In this document: piece by piece, positions 50,598-60,147 of the stretch
How positions within the stretch are numbered: the first letter of the stretch is position 1
Layout of the letters: the number at the start of each line of letters is the position of its first letter
Source of the DNA: Thermoproteota archaeon
GTDB lineage: Archaea; Thermoproteota; Thermoprotei; Gearchaeales; Gearchaeaceae
Length of the DNA: 64,000 nucleotides
Direction: 5' to 3'
Assembly: GCA_032249235.1 (NCBI GenBank)
Contig: JAVVGF010000001.1
Coordinates: 288,001-352,000, forward strand
The notes under the pieces: generated by a model
The model's database searches: none
Seen by the model: only the letters and a program-made list of their open reading frames with translations
What the model was told of the DNA's origin: nothing
Position numbers and translations under genes: made by a program

Positions 50598-51128
50598 ATG
50601 GCTGTACTGGGAAAGAGCGAATTATTAAAACTTCAAGAAAAATATCATCTCATATATCCCTTCAATGAAGAATTAATAGACGGTGATAGTTTTATCTTAA
50701 CAGTTCAGCAGGATGTTGAGGTAAAATATTTAGAACATAAAAATATAATCTCTCACGAAATTGTATTTGTTCCAATTAACTTTGTCGCACATATGACTGC
50801 AAAAAGTAAATTTGGCAGATTAGGTTTGTCTTTTTTGAATGCTGCGAAAGTCCATAGTGGTTTTGTAGGAAGGATAGTTCTAGAAGTAGTTAATTTAAAT
50901 AACGAGCATTTACCCATAACTATTAAAAAAGGTGAGCCTTTCATGCATCTAGAATATATAAGAAGAGAAGGTGAGCCTTCTCCTTATCATGGTGAATATC
51001 AATTCCAATATATGAATGATGATGAGATAAGATTTTACCTTAAAATATTAAAAGAACACATTCCTAACTTCGAGTACTATTCAAAGATATGGCTAAAGAA
51101 TAAACCTCATTTACTTAAAGAATTATAA
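50598..51128 (+). CDS. dCTP deaminase / trimeric dUTPase superfamily protein (atypical motifs)
   Basis: AKSKFGRLG, VHSGFVGRIVLEVVN, PYHGEYQFQ. Confidence 0.8.
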   Translation: MAVLGKSELLKLQEKYHLIYPFNEELIDGDSFILTVQQDVEVKYLEHKNIISHEIVFVPINFVAHMTAKSKFGRLGLSFLNAAKVHSGFVGRIVLEVVNLNNEHLPITIKKGEPFMHLEYIRREGEPSPYHGEYQFQYMNDDEIRFYLKILKEHIPNFEYYSKIWLKNKPHLLKEL

Positions 51129-51512
51129 TTTTTCAGCATACAAAAGGGGCCAAATTGGCCATTCTGTTCTTTCTGTCTTTTTGAATACAATCTTTACTTT
51201 TTGACCTATTTTTATCTCATTTAGATTCTCTTTCATCCTTGCTAAAATTTTTACATTATCTTTAAGTCTTATAAGACAAACAGCATAAGGAACCTCATCT
51301 CCAAAGCTTTTAGGTGCAACATGAATTATCGTGAAACTTTCTATTTCTCCTTCATTACTGATTTTCTTCCATGTTAATTTATTCGAAAAACAAGAAGGAC
51401 AAATTTTTCTCGGAGGTAAGCTAAGCTTTCCGCAATTCATGCACATTGAAGCATATAATTCGCCATTACTTGCTTTTCTGTAGAATTCTTCAATACTTAT
51501 TTCTTCGCTCAT
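51123..51512 (-). CDS. DUF35 Zn-ribbon/OB-fold acyl-CoA-binding protein
   Basis: CMNCG..PPRKICPSC, GEIESFTII, PYAV; ATGA-coupled to the thiolase. Confidence 0.92.
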   Translation of the reverse strand: MSEEISIEEFYRKASNGELYASMCMNCGKLSLPPRKICPSCFSNKLTWKKISNEGEIESFTIIHVAPKSFGDEVPYAVCLIRLKDNVKILARMKENLNEIKIGQKVKIVFKKTERTEWPIWPLLYAEKL

Positions 51513-52696
51513 GATCTAGCTTTAACAATCGTGACGAAATGGGTTAAGCCTGAACCACCCATATTTTGTGCTAAGCCTATTTTTGCACCCTTTACTTGTC
51601 TTTGTCCAGCTTCATTTCTCAATTGAAGATATAATTCATAGATTTGTGCAATACCAGTTGCTCCGACAGGATGACCTTTAGCCTTTAAGCCTCCACTTGG
51701 GTTTGAAGGATATTCTCCATTTAGATCAGTGATCCCTTTTTCAACAAGCTTTCCTCCCTTTCCTTTTTCAGTAAAACCTAATTCTTCATATTCTATGATT
51801 TCAGCAATCGTAAAACAATCATGCAATTCAAATACATCAATGTCATTTATGGTTAAATTTGCCTGTTCCAAAGCTTCCCTTGCAGCGATTCTTATACCTT
51901 TAATTTCCGTTATATCTTCTTTCTCTATTATAGAAGAATGATCGTTTGAATGTCCACTTCCAATTATATCAATTGGTAAATCTGTAAACTTTTCAGCTAT
52001 TTCAGGCTTAGTCAAAATAAGACATGCAGCACCATCGGTTACTAATGAACAATCATAAAGTTTAAGAGGCCATGCAATTACCCTAGATTTGAGTGCATCT
52101 TCTACAGTTATCAACTTTTGCATGTGTGCTTTTGGATTATAGTATGCGTTTTTATGATTCTTTACAGCAACCATAGCGAGTTGCTCTTCTGTAGTACCAT
52201 ATCTGTGCATGTGAGCTGTAGCCATGAGAGCGAAAACACCTACAAAGGTTAATCCACTCCATTGTTCAACGCTAACATCACTTGCAGTCATCAACGCTTC
52301 AGTTACTTCTGGAGTAGTTCTGTTGTTCATCTTCTCCACTCCACCTACGAGAACGATATCATAGAGGCCAGATTGGATAGCCATTATCCCTGTTCTTAAA
52401 GCAGTTGAACCTGATGCACATGCATTCTCAACCCTTATAGAAGGCAAATTATGCATGCCCAACCAGTCAGCAAGTATAGGTGCAACATGTGCTTGATGTT
52501 CAAAAAATTCTGAAAAATTCCCAAAAATTCCTAATTTAATCTTACCTCTAATATCTGGGTCTTTGCATCTAGCTATTGCTTCTTCAAAAGCTTCCACAAA
52601 AAGTTCTCTTGCCATTATTCCTGTTCTTTTACCAAATTTTGAGCATCCTGCACTAACTATTGAAGCTAAGGGTTTTTGAGAAAGCAATCTACTCAT
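51509..52696 (-). CDS. Thiolase (archaeal acetyl-CoA acetyltransferase / SCP-x type)
   Basis: VENACASG, GVEKM, KNH, DCSLVTDGA, ELHDCF, GGLKAKGHPVGATG. Confidence 0.93.
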   Translation of the reverse strand: MSRLLSQKPLASIVSAGCSKFGKRTGIMARELFVEAFEEAIARCKDPDIRGKIKLGIFGNFSEFFEHQAHVAPILADWLGMHNLPSIRVENACASGSTALRTGIMAIQSGLYDIVLVGGVEKMNNRTTPEVTEALMTASDVSVEQWSGLTFVGVFALMATAHMHRYGTTEEQLAMVAVKNHKNAYYNPKAHMQKLITVEDALKSRVIAWPLKLYDCSLVTDGAACLILTKPEIAEKFTDLPIDIIGSGHSNDHSSIIEKEDITEIKGIRIAAREALEQANLTINDIDVFELHDCFTIAEIIEYEELGFTEKGKGGKLVEKGITDLNGEYPSNPSGGLKAKGHPVGATGIAQIYELYLQLRNEAGQRQVKGAKIGLAQNMGGSGLTHFVTIVKARS

Positions 52697-52725
52697 AGTA
52701 ATTACTTAATTCATAAAATATTTAA

Positions 52726-54018
52726 TCAAAATCTTGCCTGTCTCAGTGCAGCAATTCCTGGTAATTCTTTTTCCATTAACATTTCTGTAAGTGCTCCTCC
52801 TCCTGTGCTTACATGGCTGAATTTTTCTGCATAACCAAACATATTCAATGCAGCTACCGTATGTCCTCCTCCTGCAACAGAAAAAGCGTTTGAACTTGCA
52901 ATTGCTTTAAGCACTCTTTTAGTTCCGTAACTAAATAAAGATTCCTCATATACTCCAACTGGTCCGCTTATTATTACAGTCTTAGCTTCGTTTAAAATAT
53001 CTTCTATAAGTTCACATGTCTTCATTCCAATATCTTTTATAGGCATGTTCAGAGGTAAAGCGCTTAAGGGAAATTCGAATCTCTCATTCTTAGGGGTTTC
53101 TGCAGCAAGATCTTGAGGTAAAATTATCTTATCTTTATATTTTTCATATGCAATTTTTGCCCCTTCATATAATAATACTGCTCCCTTTCTTTCTAGTAAT
53201 TTCTCGTTAACTTCTCCGAGATTGTAACCTACAACTTTCAAATATAAATTGCCAATCAATCCTGCTAAAAATATCCAATCTGCTTTTCCTGTTTCTCCCA
53301 AATGCTCAATCATACTTATTGCGTCATCTAGCTTTGTTCCTCCTAGGATGTAAAGTCTGGGTTTTTCGCTATATTGTAGTAACCAAGTTAGAGCTCTTAC
53401 TTCCCATTCCATTACTCTACCAGCACATGAAGGCATTACAAACGGATAACCTGTTAGTGAAACATTAGCTCGATGGGCTGCTGCGAATGCATCGTTAACA
53501 TATATATCGCAAAGGACTGAGAGTGTTTGAACTTGTTTTGTTTTAGCTTGTTCTTCAAATGGTCTTTTTATCATCTCATCAGGATCTGTTCTAACGTTTT
53601 CGAGCATGACTATTCTATATTCTCCTTCTCTTAGCTTTTTCAATGCATCAACAGCTTTAGGCCCATAAACATCTGGAACGTAAATAACTTTAGTTTTAAG
53701 CATCTTTGATAGCAGTTTAGCATGAAGATCAGTCGTTGTGAAATCAGGATCGCCCGGCCTTCCTTGGTGGGTCAAAATAGCAACTCTCGCACCTCTAACT
53801 AATAGCTCCGTTAGCGTGGTCTCAGCTAATACCCTCATCCTTGTCAAATCTATTGGCATGTTAGTTTTAGGATCTAAAGGAAGATTCATATCTGTTCTAA
53901 GCAATACAACTTTATTTTCGAATTCAAAATCGTCCATTGTCTTGAATCCTACGTCTATTTTATTCATTTGTTCGAGAATGTCCTCTCTAACTTTTCCTCT
54001 TAAAATTCCGTAGGGCAT
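52726..54018 (-). CDS. pgk: Phosphoglycerate kinase
   Basis: LLRTDMNLP, THQGRPG, LENVR, VNDAFAAAHR, GGGHT, HVSTGGGA. Confidence 0.96.
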   Translation of the reverse strand: MPYGILRGKVREDILEQMNKIDVGFKTMDDFEFENKVVLLRTDMNLPLDPKTNMPIDLTRMRVLAETTLTELLVRGARVAILTHQGRPGDPDFTTTDLHAKLLSKMLKTKVIYVPDVYGPKAVDALKKLREGEYRIVMLENVRTDPDEMIKRPFEEQAKTKQVQTLSVLCDIYVNDAFAAAHRANVSLTGYPFVMPSCAGRVMEWEVRALTWLLQYSEKPRLYILGGTKLDDAISMIEHLGETGKADWIFLAGLIGNLYLKVVGYNLGEVNEKLLERKGAVLLYEGAKIAYEKYKDKIILPQDLAAETPKNERFEFPLSALPLNMPIKDIGMKTCELIEDILNEAKTVIISGPVGVYEESLFSYGTKRVLKAIASSNAFSVAGGGHTVAALNMFGYAEKFSHVSTGGGALTEMLMEKELPGIAALRQARF

Positions 54019-54019
54019 T

Positions 54020-55054
54020 TCAATAGAACTTCTTAACTATATTCAAAGTCCTATCAGTCAATTCTATTGATCTTCTTGGTTCTTCCTCAATTCCAGTTAA
54101 TGCTCTAATAGCATCAATATTTTCGGGAATCACGTTGCTTTCTTCAGGAGTAGCCCATATCAAAGTTAGGTCATTTTGTATCAGAGCAATGCTTTCTAAC
54201 CAAACAGGTATTTCATAAACATCTCCTCTACTTCTGCCAAGTTCTCTTCCTATTTCGAAGATTGTATTAAGTGCTTCAACCTTATCCTTACCACTTACAA
54301 ATACTACTCTAGGCTCTTCTTCTAAAGCTCTTATTACTGTTTCCTTGTTAACTCTTTCTTTCAATTCAATGAAAGCTGCATGTAAATGATATAAGTTGTG
54401 GCTACCTTTTGCTGCTATGGTAATTATATCCAAATCTTTTATCACAGTTTGTGCATCAGGACCGTGATGAGAAGGTATCTCAAGTTCGGGTACTACGGTA
54501 TTGATTATTCCTTTTTTATGCGATTCCCAAGGATCCGCTGCCCTACGAAATATTGATACTCTTGCTCTTTTAACTCCAATCCTTTCATGTATCGCCCCTA
54601 TTACTCTACATATTGCAGTCGTATTGCAGCTAACAACTCTTGTGAATTGCTTTCCAAAATTTTCTAAGTAATTTCTCGCGGCAACAAAACTAGCATTTGT
54701 TAATTCATGATCCTCTCCTCCTTGGAAAATCGCTTTTATGTTATATTTTTCATAAAATGGTTTGTTTTTAGCCCCCCATCCTTCTGTAGAAGCATCCACG
54801 ACAATATCTACTTTTTGAAGTAATTCTTCGAAAGTTCCAGCAGGTTCAAAATTATGCTTCTTAAATTCTTCAATTCTGGGATTTTGTGATAGATAAATTG
54901 GTATTCCTTTCTTAGCCATCAATGCAGCACGCCAGTCAAAGCCTGGCCCTGCAATTCCAATGAGCTCCATATCAGGTTGAAGTCTTACAGCATCTGCAAC
55001 GCGTTTTCCAATTGTTCCGTAACCCCCAACAACAGCAACTTTTACTTTTTTCAT
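54020..55054 (-). CDS. gap: Type II (archaeal) glyceraldehyde-3-phosphate dehydrogenase
   Basis: GYGTIGKRVADAV, FQGGE, RVVSCNTT, RRAADP, PSHHGPD, ESNVIPENIDAIRA. Confidence 0.95.
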   Translation of the reverse strand: MKKVKVAVVGGYGTIGKRVADAVRLQPDMELIGIAGPGFDWRAALMAKKGIPIYLSQNPRIEEFKKHNFEPAGTFEELLQKVDIVVDASTEGWGAKNKPFYEKYNIKAIFQGGEDHELTNASFVAARNYLENFGKQFTRVVSCNTTAICRVIGAIHERIGVKRARVSIFRRAADPWESHKKGIINTVVPELEIPSHHGPDAQTVIKDLDIITIAAKGSHNLYHLHAAFIELKERVNKETVIRALEEEPRVVFVSGKDKVEALNTIFEIGRELGRSRGDVYEIPVWLESIALIQNDLTLIWATPEESNVIPENIDAIRALTGIEEEPRRSIELTDRTLNIVKKFY

Positions 55055-55078
55055 ATTTAAGAATGGCTTTACAAATTA

Positions 55079-55687
55079 TTAAATATTGTTCTTGAGATTC
55101 TTCTGCTTCATGAAGAATTCTGCTATTCTTTCTACAGCAATTTCTGTATGTTCAAACTCTCTACTCTGTTTAAATCTTAAATTCATTATAATCAACAAGC
55201 ACTGCACTGCATTTGCTACGCTTGCAGCGAAGATTCTATTAATAGTTTGATGGAGTTCGATTTCTTCTTCACTTTCAATTTCTCTTCCCATTCTTATTCC
55301 TTGCATATCCTTTTTTCTTCTTTCAATTATATCAGATGGATTGTATTCAAGAAGTATAATTGCATCAGGATTAAGGGCTTTAGCTGCTTCTAATGGCAAA
55401 CCTGGATAATATCCTCCTTGCATTTTTATGCTTACATGCGTATCTATTAGCACATCTCCTTCGATATCTGCAATTTTTTTAGCTGCGTCAAGCTGCAATG
55501 TTCTATATTCATCTAATGGTATCTTTTTTCTCATCTCATCTCTATCTTTTATGCCATATCTTTCTCTAGCTAATTCTAACATGACATCTCCATAGTTTAC
55601 AACCTTTAATTCAGGCATCTTTTTCCTTATGTAATTAAGAATGGTTGTTTTTCCAGCACCTGGTACAGCTACGATGACAGCTTTCAT
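55079..55687 (-). CDS. adkA: Archaeal adenylate kinase
   Basis: VPGAGKTT, VNYGDVM, DRDEMRK, IDTH, YYPGLP. Confidence 0.9.
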   Translation of the reverse strand: MKAVIVAVPGAGKTTILNYIRKKMPELKVVNYGDVMLELARERYGIKDRDEMRKKIPLDEYRTLQLDAAKKIADIEGDVLIDTHVSIKMQGGYYPGLPLEAAKALNPDAIILLEYNPSDIIERRKKDMQGIRMGREIESEEEIELHQTINRIFAASVANAVQCLLIIMNLRFKQSREFEHTEIAVERIAEFFMKQKNLKNNI

Positions 55688-55749
55688 AATTGTGCTATGT
55701 TTTTGCTTATAAAAATTTAGCTTTAATATTGCTCCTTGTATTTTTTCAT

Positions 55750-56907
55750 ATGGATTTCGAATTTAGCGAGGAACAAAAACTATTCAGAGAGAGCGTAAAG
55801 GAGTTTGCAGAAAAAGAGATTGCCCCTTATGAAGCTGAATGGGATAGAAAAGGAGAATTTCCTAAATCTTTATTTAAGAAATTAGCAGAAGTAGGTTTAG
55901 CAGGAATAAGAATTCCAGAAAAATACGGCGGCCAAGGTGCTGATGCGGTAACAACAGGAATAGCGATTGAGGAGCTTTCTAGATATGATTTCAACGTAGC
56001 TAACTTTTTGATAATCAACAACGTTTTGACAGCTAATGTTATTGCAGAATATGGGAGTGATTATCTAAAAGAATTGGTCCTTCCTGGTGTTGCTAAAGGC
56101 GAAATATGCTTAGGCATTGCATTGACAGAACCTCATTGCGGTAGCGATGCTGCAGCAATAAAAACAACTGCAATACTGGATAAAGATGAATGGGTTATAA
56201 GCGGAGAAAAATCATCCATAAGCATGGTTAAATACGCGAACTATTTCGTATTATTCGCGAAAACTAAACCTGAAGAGAGACATAGAGGAATAAGTGCTTT
56301 CTTAGTACCTGCAAATTCTAAGAACATAAAATATTCTTATTTTGATGATGTAGGTTATAGACCTATAACTAGAGGTGCCTTTAAGCTTGAAGAGGTAAGG
56401 ATACCTAAAGAATATTTGATAGGTAACTTAAATGAAGGATTTTATTACGTCATGAAAACCTTCGATTTTAGTAAAACTTTATTGGCTCTTTCATGTCTAG
56501 GAGCTGCTGAACAATCGCTTGAAGAAACAATAAAGTATGCGAAAGAGAGATATGCTTTTGGTAGACCTATAGCTAAGTTTGAAGCTATTCAATTCAAAAT
56601 AGCTGAACATCTAACAATGCTTGAGGCTTGTAAAACGTTATGTTACAAAACCTTGTGGATGAAAGATAAAGGTTACACGATTACAGCATATGCTGCGATG
56701 TGCAAATGGTGGGCTCCAAGACTTGCCTTTGAAATAATTCATGATTGTATATTAATGCACGGAAATATCGCATACACGAAAGATTTACCTTTAGAAAGAA
56801 GATTGAGGAATGTTATGGGAATAGAAATAGGCGATGGAACTGCAGAAATTCAAAAAATAGTTATTGGGAGAGAAGTTATAGGTAAAGATTATGTTCCTTA
56901 TAAATGA
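55750..56907 (+). CDS. Acyl-CoA dehydrogenase (cyclohexanecarboxyl-CoA dehydrogenase-like); start revised to ATG 55750
   Basis: MDFEFSEEQ, IPEKYGG, LTEPHCGSDAA, GEKSSIS, RYAFGRPIAKFEAIQF, IGDGTAEIQK. Confidence 0.9.
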   Translation: MDFEFSEEQKLFRESVKEFAEKEIAPYEAEWDRKGEFPKSLFKKLAEVGLAGIRIPEKYGGQGADAVTTGIAIEELSRYDFNVANFLIINNVLTANVIAEYGSDYLKELVLPGVAKGEICLGIALTEPHCGSDAAAIKTTAILDKDEWVISGEKSSISMVKYANYFVLFAKTKPEERHRGISAFLVPANSKNIKYSYFDDVGYRPITRGAFKLEEVRIPKEYLIGNLNEGFYYVMKTFDFSKTLLALSCLGAAEQSLEETIKYAKERYAFGRPIAKFEAIQFKIAEHLTMLEACKTLCYKTLWMKDKGYTITAYAAMCKWWAPRLAFEIIHDCILMHGNIAYTKDLPLERRLRNVMGIEIGDGTAEIQKIVIGREVIGKDYVPYK

Positions 56908-56911
56908 TATT

Positions 56912-57244
56912 TTAATTAAAAATTTTAAAATATTTGATGTTTCTACAAATTTTATAAAAAACTGACTTATTTAAAACCATTTCATGAAATCCTAAAATAT
57001 GTAAATAACAAGCATGATGCCAGCTATTGAATATTTCTTCTCAATGATTGAGCAGCATCAAATAACAACGCAGAAGTCATCTTTTTTGCGATATTACTAT
57101 TTCTAAGATATTGCTGATGTTTTATAGCTTCTTCGGCTGCCTTAAGTGCTCTCACCAGTTTGAACTACATCAATCTTTAAGTAGCCGTAAGTCTCTAGAA
57201 ATTAATTAGCAATTGTTATTCTAGATTCGGTGTTTGAATTTCAT
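56912..57244 (-). pseudogene. Decayed PaREP1 (HEPN-like) family gene
   Basis: Minus-strand fragments ESRITIAN*FLETYGYLKIDVVQTGE / KAAEEAIK...TSALLFDAA / EEIFNSWHHACYLHILGFHEM, separated by a stop and frameshifts. They match the PaREP1 pattern DxVQAxEKxYKAAEE...WxxAxxLHxxGFHE. Confidence 0.7.
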
Positions 57245-57267
57245 AAATGAGTGAATGGAATAGAAAA

Positions 57268-58716
57268 CTAGCTAAGGTTTATTATAACAGATTTGATTCT
57301 TGTATAATTATATATCGCATGTATGCTTTGCTCAAATCCTAGACCACTTTGTTTTGCTGTAGAGAAAGGAACTTGAGGATAAGTTATTGGTCCTTCGTTT
57401 ATACAAACTGTTCCAGCCTTAATGCTTGCAGCTAGCTTATGCGCTTTACTCAAATCGTTTGTCCAAATGGCAGCATATAGACCATAAATAGTGGAATTTG
57501 CAAGTTCTATGGCTTCATCTAAGCTTGAAAAACTTGTCGCAGATAAAACAGGTCCAAAGATTTCTTCTTGGAATATTTTCATATCTTTTGCCACTTCATC
57601 AAAAAATGTTGGCAATAAGAAGTTGCCTTTTTGTAATTTTTCATCACTAGGTCTTGAACCACCATATATTAATTTTGCACCTTCTTTTCTTCCCTCTTCA
57701 ATATAATACATAACTCTGCTCAATTGTTCTTTAGAAACTAAAGGACCCATTTGGGTATCTTGATCTATTCCTGGCCCTACTCTAATCTTAGCAAATTGTT
57801 CTTGCAACATCTTTATCAGCTTATCTTTTAGACTTTCATGATATAGTAATCTTGAATATGCCCAACACATTTGTCCTGCATTCGTTATTATACCGTTTAT
57901 GATTCCTTGAATTGCTTTATCTAATTTAGCATCTGGTAATACGATGTTTGGGTTCTTTCCACCTAGCTCCAAGATTATAGGTTTTATGTGCTTTGAAACC
58001 AAAGCTATTACTTCCTTACCTCCCTCTAAAGAACCAGTAAATGTTACAGATTCTATTTCTTTATGCTCTACGAGATATCTTCCTATGGTTTTTCCGGGTC
58101 CTATTACTACATTTAAAACTCCATCTGGTAAACCTGCTTGCTTTGCTAATTCTGCTAATTTTATTGCAGTGATAGGAGTGTATGTAGCAGGCTTTAAAAT
58201 AGCTGTATTTCCTGCTGCTAATGCAGGCGCCAAGCTTCTTGCAGATAAAGGTAAAGGATAATTCCAAGGAGCAATATGGGCTGTTACTCCTAAAGGTTCT
58301 CTCAAAGTATAGCAGAATCTATCACCAGGTAAAGGTATAGTATCACCTTGTATTTTGTCTGCAAGTCCTGCGTAATATTCAAATAAGCGTGCAGCATAGA
58401 GAACATCTCCTATTGCTTCTTTAATTGGTTTTCCATTGTTCAGCGTTTCTAATTTGGCTAAATCGTTCGTATTATCTCTAATCAATGAAGCTAATTTATA
58501 CAATATCCTAGCTCTTCTAACAGGTTCTTGCTTAAACCATTGATCAAATGCTTTCTTCGCTGCTTCTATTGCTTTATCTACATCTTCAATAGAAGCCTCT
58601 TCTGCATAAGCTATTATTTCATTCGTAGCAGGATTGTAAACAGGTATTTTCTTTCCAGAACTAGCTTCAACAAACTTTCCATCAATAAACAATTTAACGT
58701 TTTCTATATTCTCCAT
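57268..58716 (-). CDS. NAD(P)-dependent aldehyde dehydrogenase
   Basis: NPAT, PWNYP, FTGS, LELGGKNP, NAGQMC, EEIFGPV. Confidence 0.95.
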   Translation of the reverse strand: MENIENVKLFIDGKFVEASSGKKIPVYNPATNEIIAYAEEASIEDVDKAIEAAKKAFDQWFKQEPVRRARILYKLASLIRDNTNDLAKLETLNNGKPIKEAIGDVLYAARLFEYYAGLADKIQGDTIPLPGDRFCYTLREPLGVTAHIAPWNYPLPLSARSLAPALAAGNTAILKPATYTPITAIKLAELAKQAGLPDGVLNVVIGPGKTIGRYLVEHKEIESVTFTGSLEGGKEVIALVSKHIKPIILELGGKNPNIVLPDAKLDKAIQGIINGIITNAGQMCWAYSRLLYHESLKDKLIKMLQEQFAKIRVGPGIDQDTQMGPLVSKEQLSRVMYYIEEGRKEGAKLIYGGSRPSDEKLQKGNFLLPTFFDEVAKDMKIFQEEIFGPVLSATSFSSLDEAIELANSTIYGLYAAIWTNDLSKAHKLAASIKAGTVCINEGPITYPQVPFSTAKQSGLGFEQSIHAIYNYTRIKSVIINLS

Positions 58717-58728
58717 AATTAATATTAG

Positions 58729-59043
58729 TTATACTTTCTCATATTCTTCAGCAAAGAATACTTTCATTTTACCTTCTGAGATCTTCATAGCATCTCTTGC
58801 TGCTTCTTTCATTTCTTTAGAATTCAAGGCTGTTTCTAAATCTTGTTTGCTTTCAAATAATAATTCAGCTATCAAATAATATTCAGCTTCTCCAGAAGGC
58901 GTTCCAAAAATTTTGTTAATTCTAAATTTCTTCAATTTAGGTAATTTCTTAACTAATTCAACGTGTACTTTTTCATAATGTTCGTCAAAACTTTGAGCAT
59001 TAGAAGGCTTAGGATAAATTACGAAGATCTTGTACATATTCAT
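58729..59043 (-). CDS. EthD family (dimeric alpha-beta barrel) protein
   Basis: FDEHYEKVHVELVKKLP, YYLIAELLFES..ALNSKE. Confidence 0.85.
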   Translation of the reverse strand: MNMYKIFVIYPKPSNAQSFDEHYEKVHVELVKKLPKLKKFRINKIFGTPSGEAEYYLIAELLFESKQDLETALNSKEMKEAARDAMKISEGKMKVFFAEEYEKV

Positions 59044-59095
59044 TCATATTATATTTACTTAAAAATTTAAGAGAAGAAAAAGAACTAGAGTATGA

Positions 59096-60004
59096 ATGAG
59101 TATTAACGTAATATTCGAGAGAAGAAATCAAATAGAAAGAAAACCTGAATGGATAAGATCAAGAATTCCTGCTGGAGAAAAATTTAAACTCATTAGTAAT
59201 TTATGCAAGGAATTAAATCTACATACTGTTTGCGAAGAAGCTGCATGTCCTAATATAGCTGAATGTTGGGGTTCTGGAACTGCTACTTTCATGATTCTTG
59301 GAGATATATGTACAAGAGCATGTAGATTTTGTAATGTTAAAAGTGGAAATCCAAAGGGTTTTGTTGACTATACAGAACCATTAAGGGTTGCAGAAGCTGT
59401 GTCGAAAATGGATTTAGATTACATCGTTATTACCTCTGTTGATAGAGATGATTTAGAAGATGGAGGCGCATCGATATTTGCTGCAACTGTTAAGGCTATC
59501 AAGAAAAAGAATCCAAATATAATAATTGAACTATTAATTCCCGATTTTAAAGCTAATATTGATTCTTTAAAAACAGTAGCTAACAGCGGCGCTGAAGTTA
59601 TAGGTCATAATATTGAGACTGTTAGAAGATTAACACCTATTGTAAGAGATCCTAGAGCAAACTATGATCAAAGCCTTTTTGTTCTAAAAACCCTTAAAGA
59701 ATTGAATCCAAAAATATTTACTAAATCTTCTATAATTGTAGGTTTCGGAGAAACAGAAGAGGAAGTAATCGAAACTATGGAAGATTTGAGAAAAGTAAAT
59801 GTTGATTTTTTGACAATAGGACAATATCTAAGACCTTCTAAAAGGCATATTCCCGTTATAGAATATGTAAATCCCGAAAAATTCAAAAAATATGAAGAAA
59901 TAGGATTGAAGTTGGGTTTCAAATACGTAGCTGCAGGTCCTTTCGTTCGTAGCTCATATAAAGCAGGACATTATTATATAAAAACACTATTAGCTAAAAG
60001 CTGA
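59096..60004 (+). CDS. lipA: Lipoyl synthase
   Basis: RKPEW, CEEAACPNIAECW, CTRACRFC radical-SAM motif, SVDRDDL, GQYLRP, VRSSYKA. Confidence 0.96.
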   Translation: MSINVIFERRNQIERKPEWIRSRIPAGEKFKLISNLCKELNLHTVCEEAACPNIAECWGSGTATFMILGDICTRACRFCNVKSGNPKGFVDYTEPLRVAEAVSKMDLDYIVITSVDRDDLEDGGASIFAATVKAIKKKNPNIIIELLIPDFKANIDSLKTVANSGAEVIGHNIETVRRLTPIVRDPRANYDQSLFVLKTLKELNPKIFTKSSIIVGFGETEEEVIETMEDLRKVNVDFLTIGQYLRPSKRHIPVIEYVNPEKFKKYEEIGLKLGFKYVAAGPFVRSSYKAGHYYIKTLLAKS

Positions 60005-60034
60005 CTTCTCCCCGCCCTGAAGGGTGAGGCTTTC
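60005..60034. mobile_element. Isolated GC-rich hairpin resembling an IS200/IS605-family end (non-autonomous remnant)
   Basis: CTTCTCCCCGCCCTGAAGGGTGAGGCTTTC is an imperfect palindrome far above local GC content and similar to archaeal IS605-type subterminal hairpins. No tnpA/tnpB nearby. Confidence 0.5.
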
Positions 60035-60113
60035 AATTGATGCAAAAAGTTCAATTTATTAATTTTTGTTTAATGAATCTTGAATAATTCTTACGCTATC
60101 CTTATAGTTTAAA

Positions 60114-60128
60114 AAACATTTTATAGAG
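60114..60128 (+). promoter_or_regulatory. BRE/TATA core promoter of pdhA (AAACATTTTATAGAG)
   Basis: An identical 15-mer lies at 50564-50578. Both start exactly 34 nt upstream of an ATG. Confidence 0.65.
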
Positions 60129-60147
60129 GATGCTTGAATAATATACG

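Noticed and set aside
55690-55749. Hydrophobic N-terminal extension (signal-like) of the acyl-CoA dehydrogenase
   Set aside because: This is the AT-rich divergent promoter shared with adk. The family N-terminus MDFEFSEEQ starts at 55750.
57013-57060. Possible C/D sRNA (ATGATGC...TTGA...ATGATTGA)
   Set aside because: Box spacing is wrong, there is no terminal D box or stem, and the sequence is better explained as part of the PaREP1 pseudogene.
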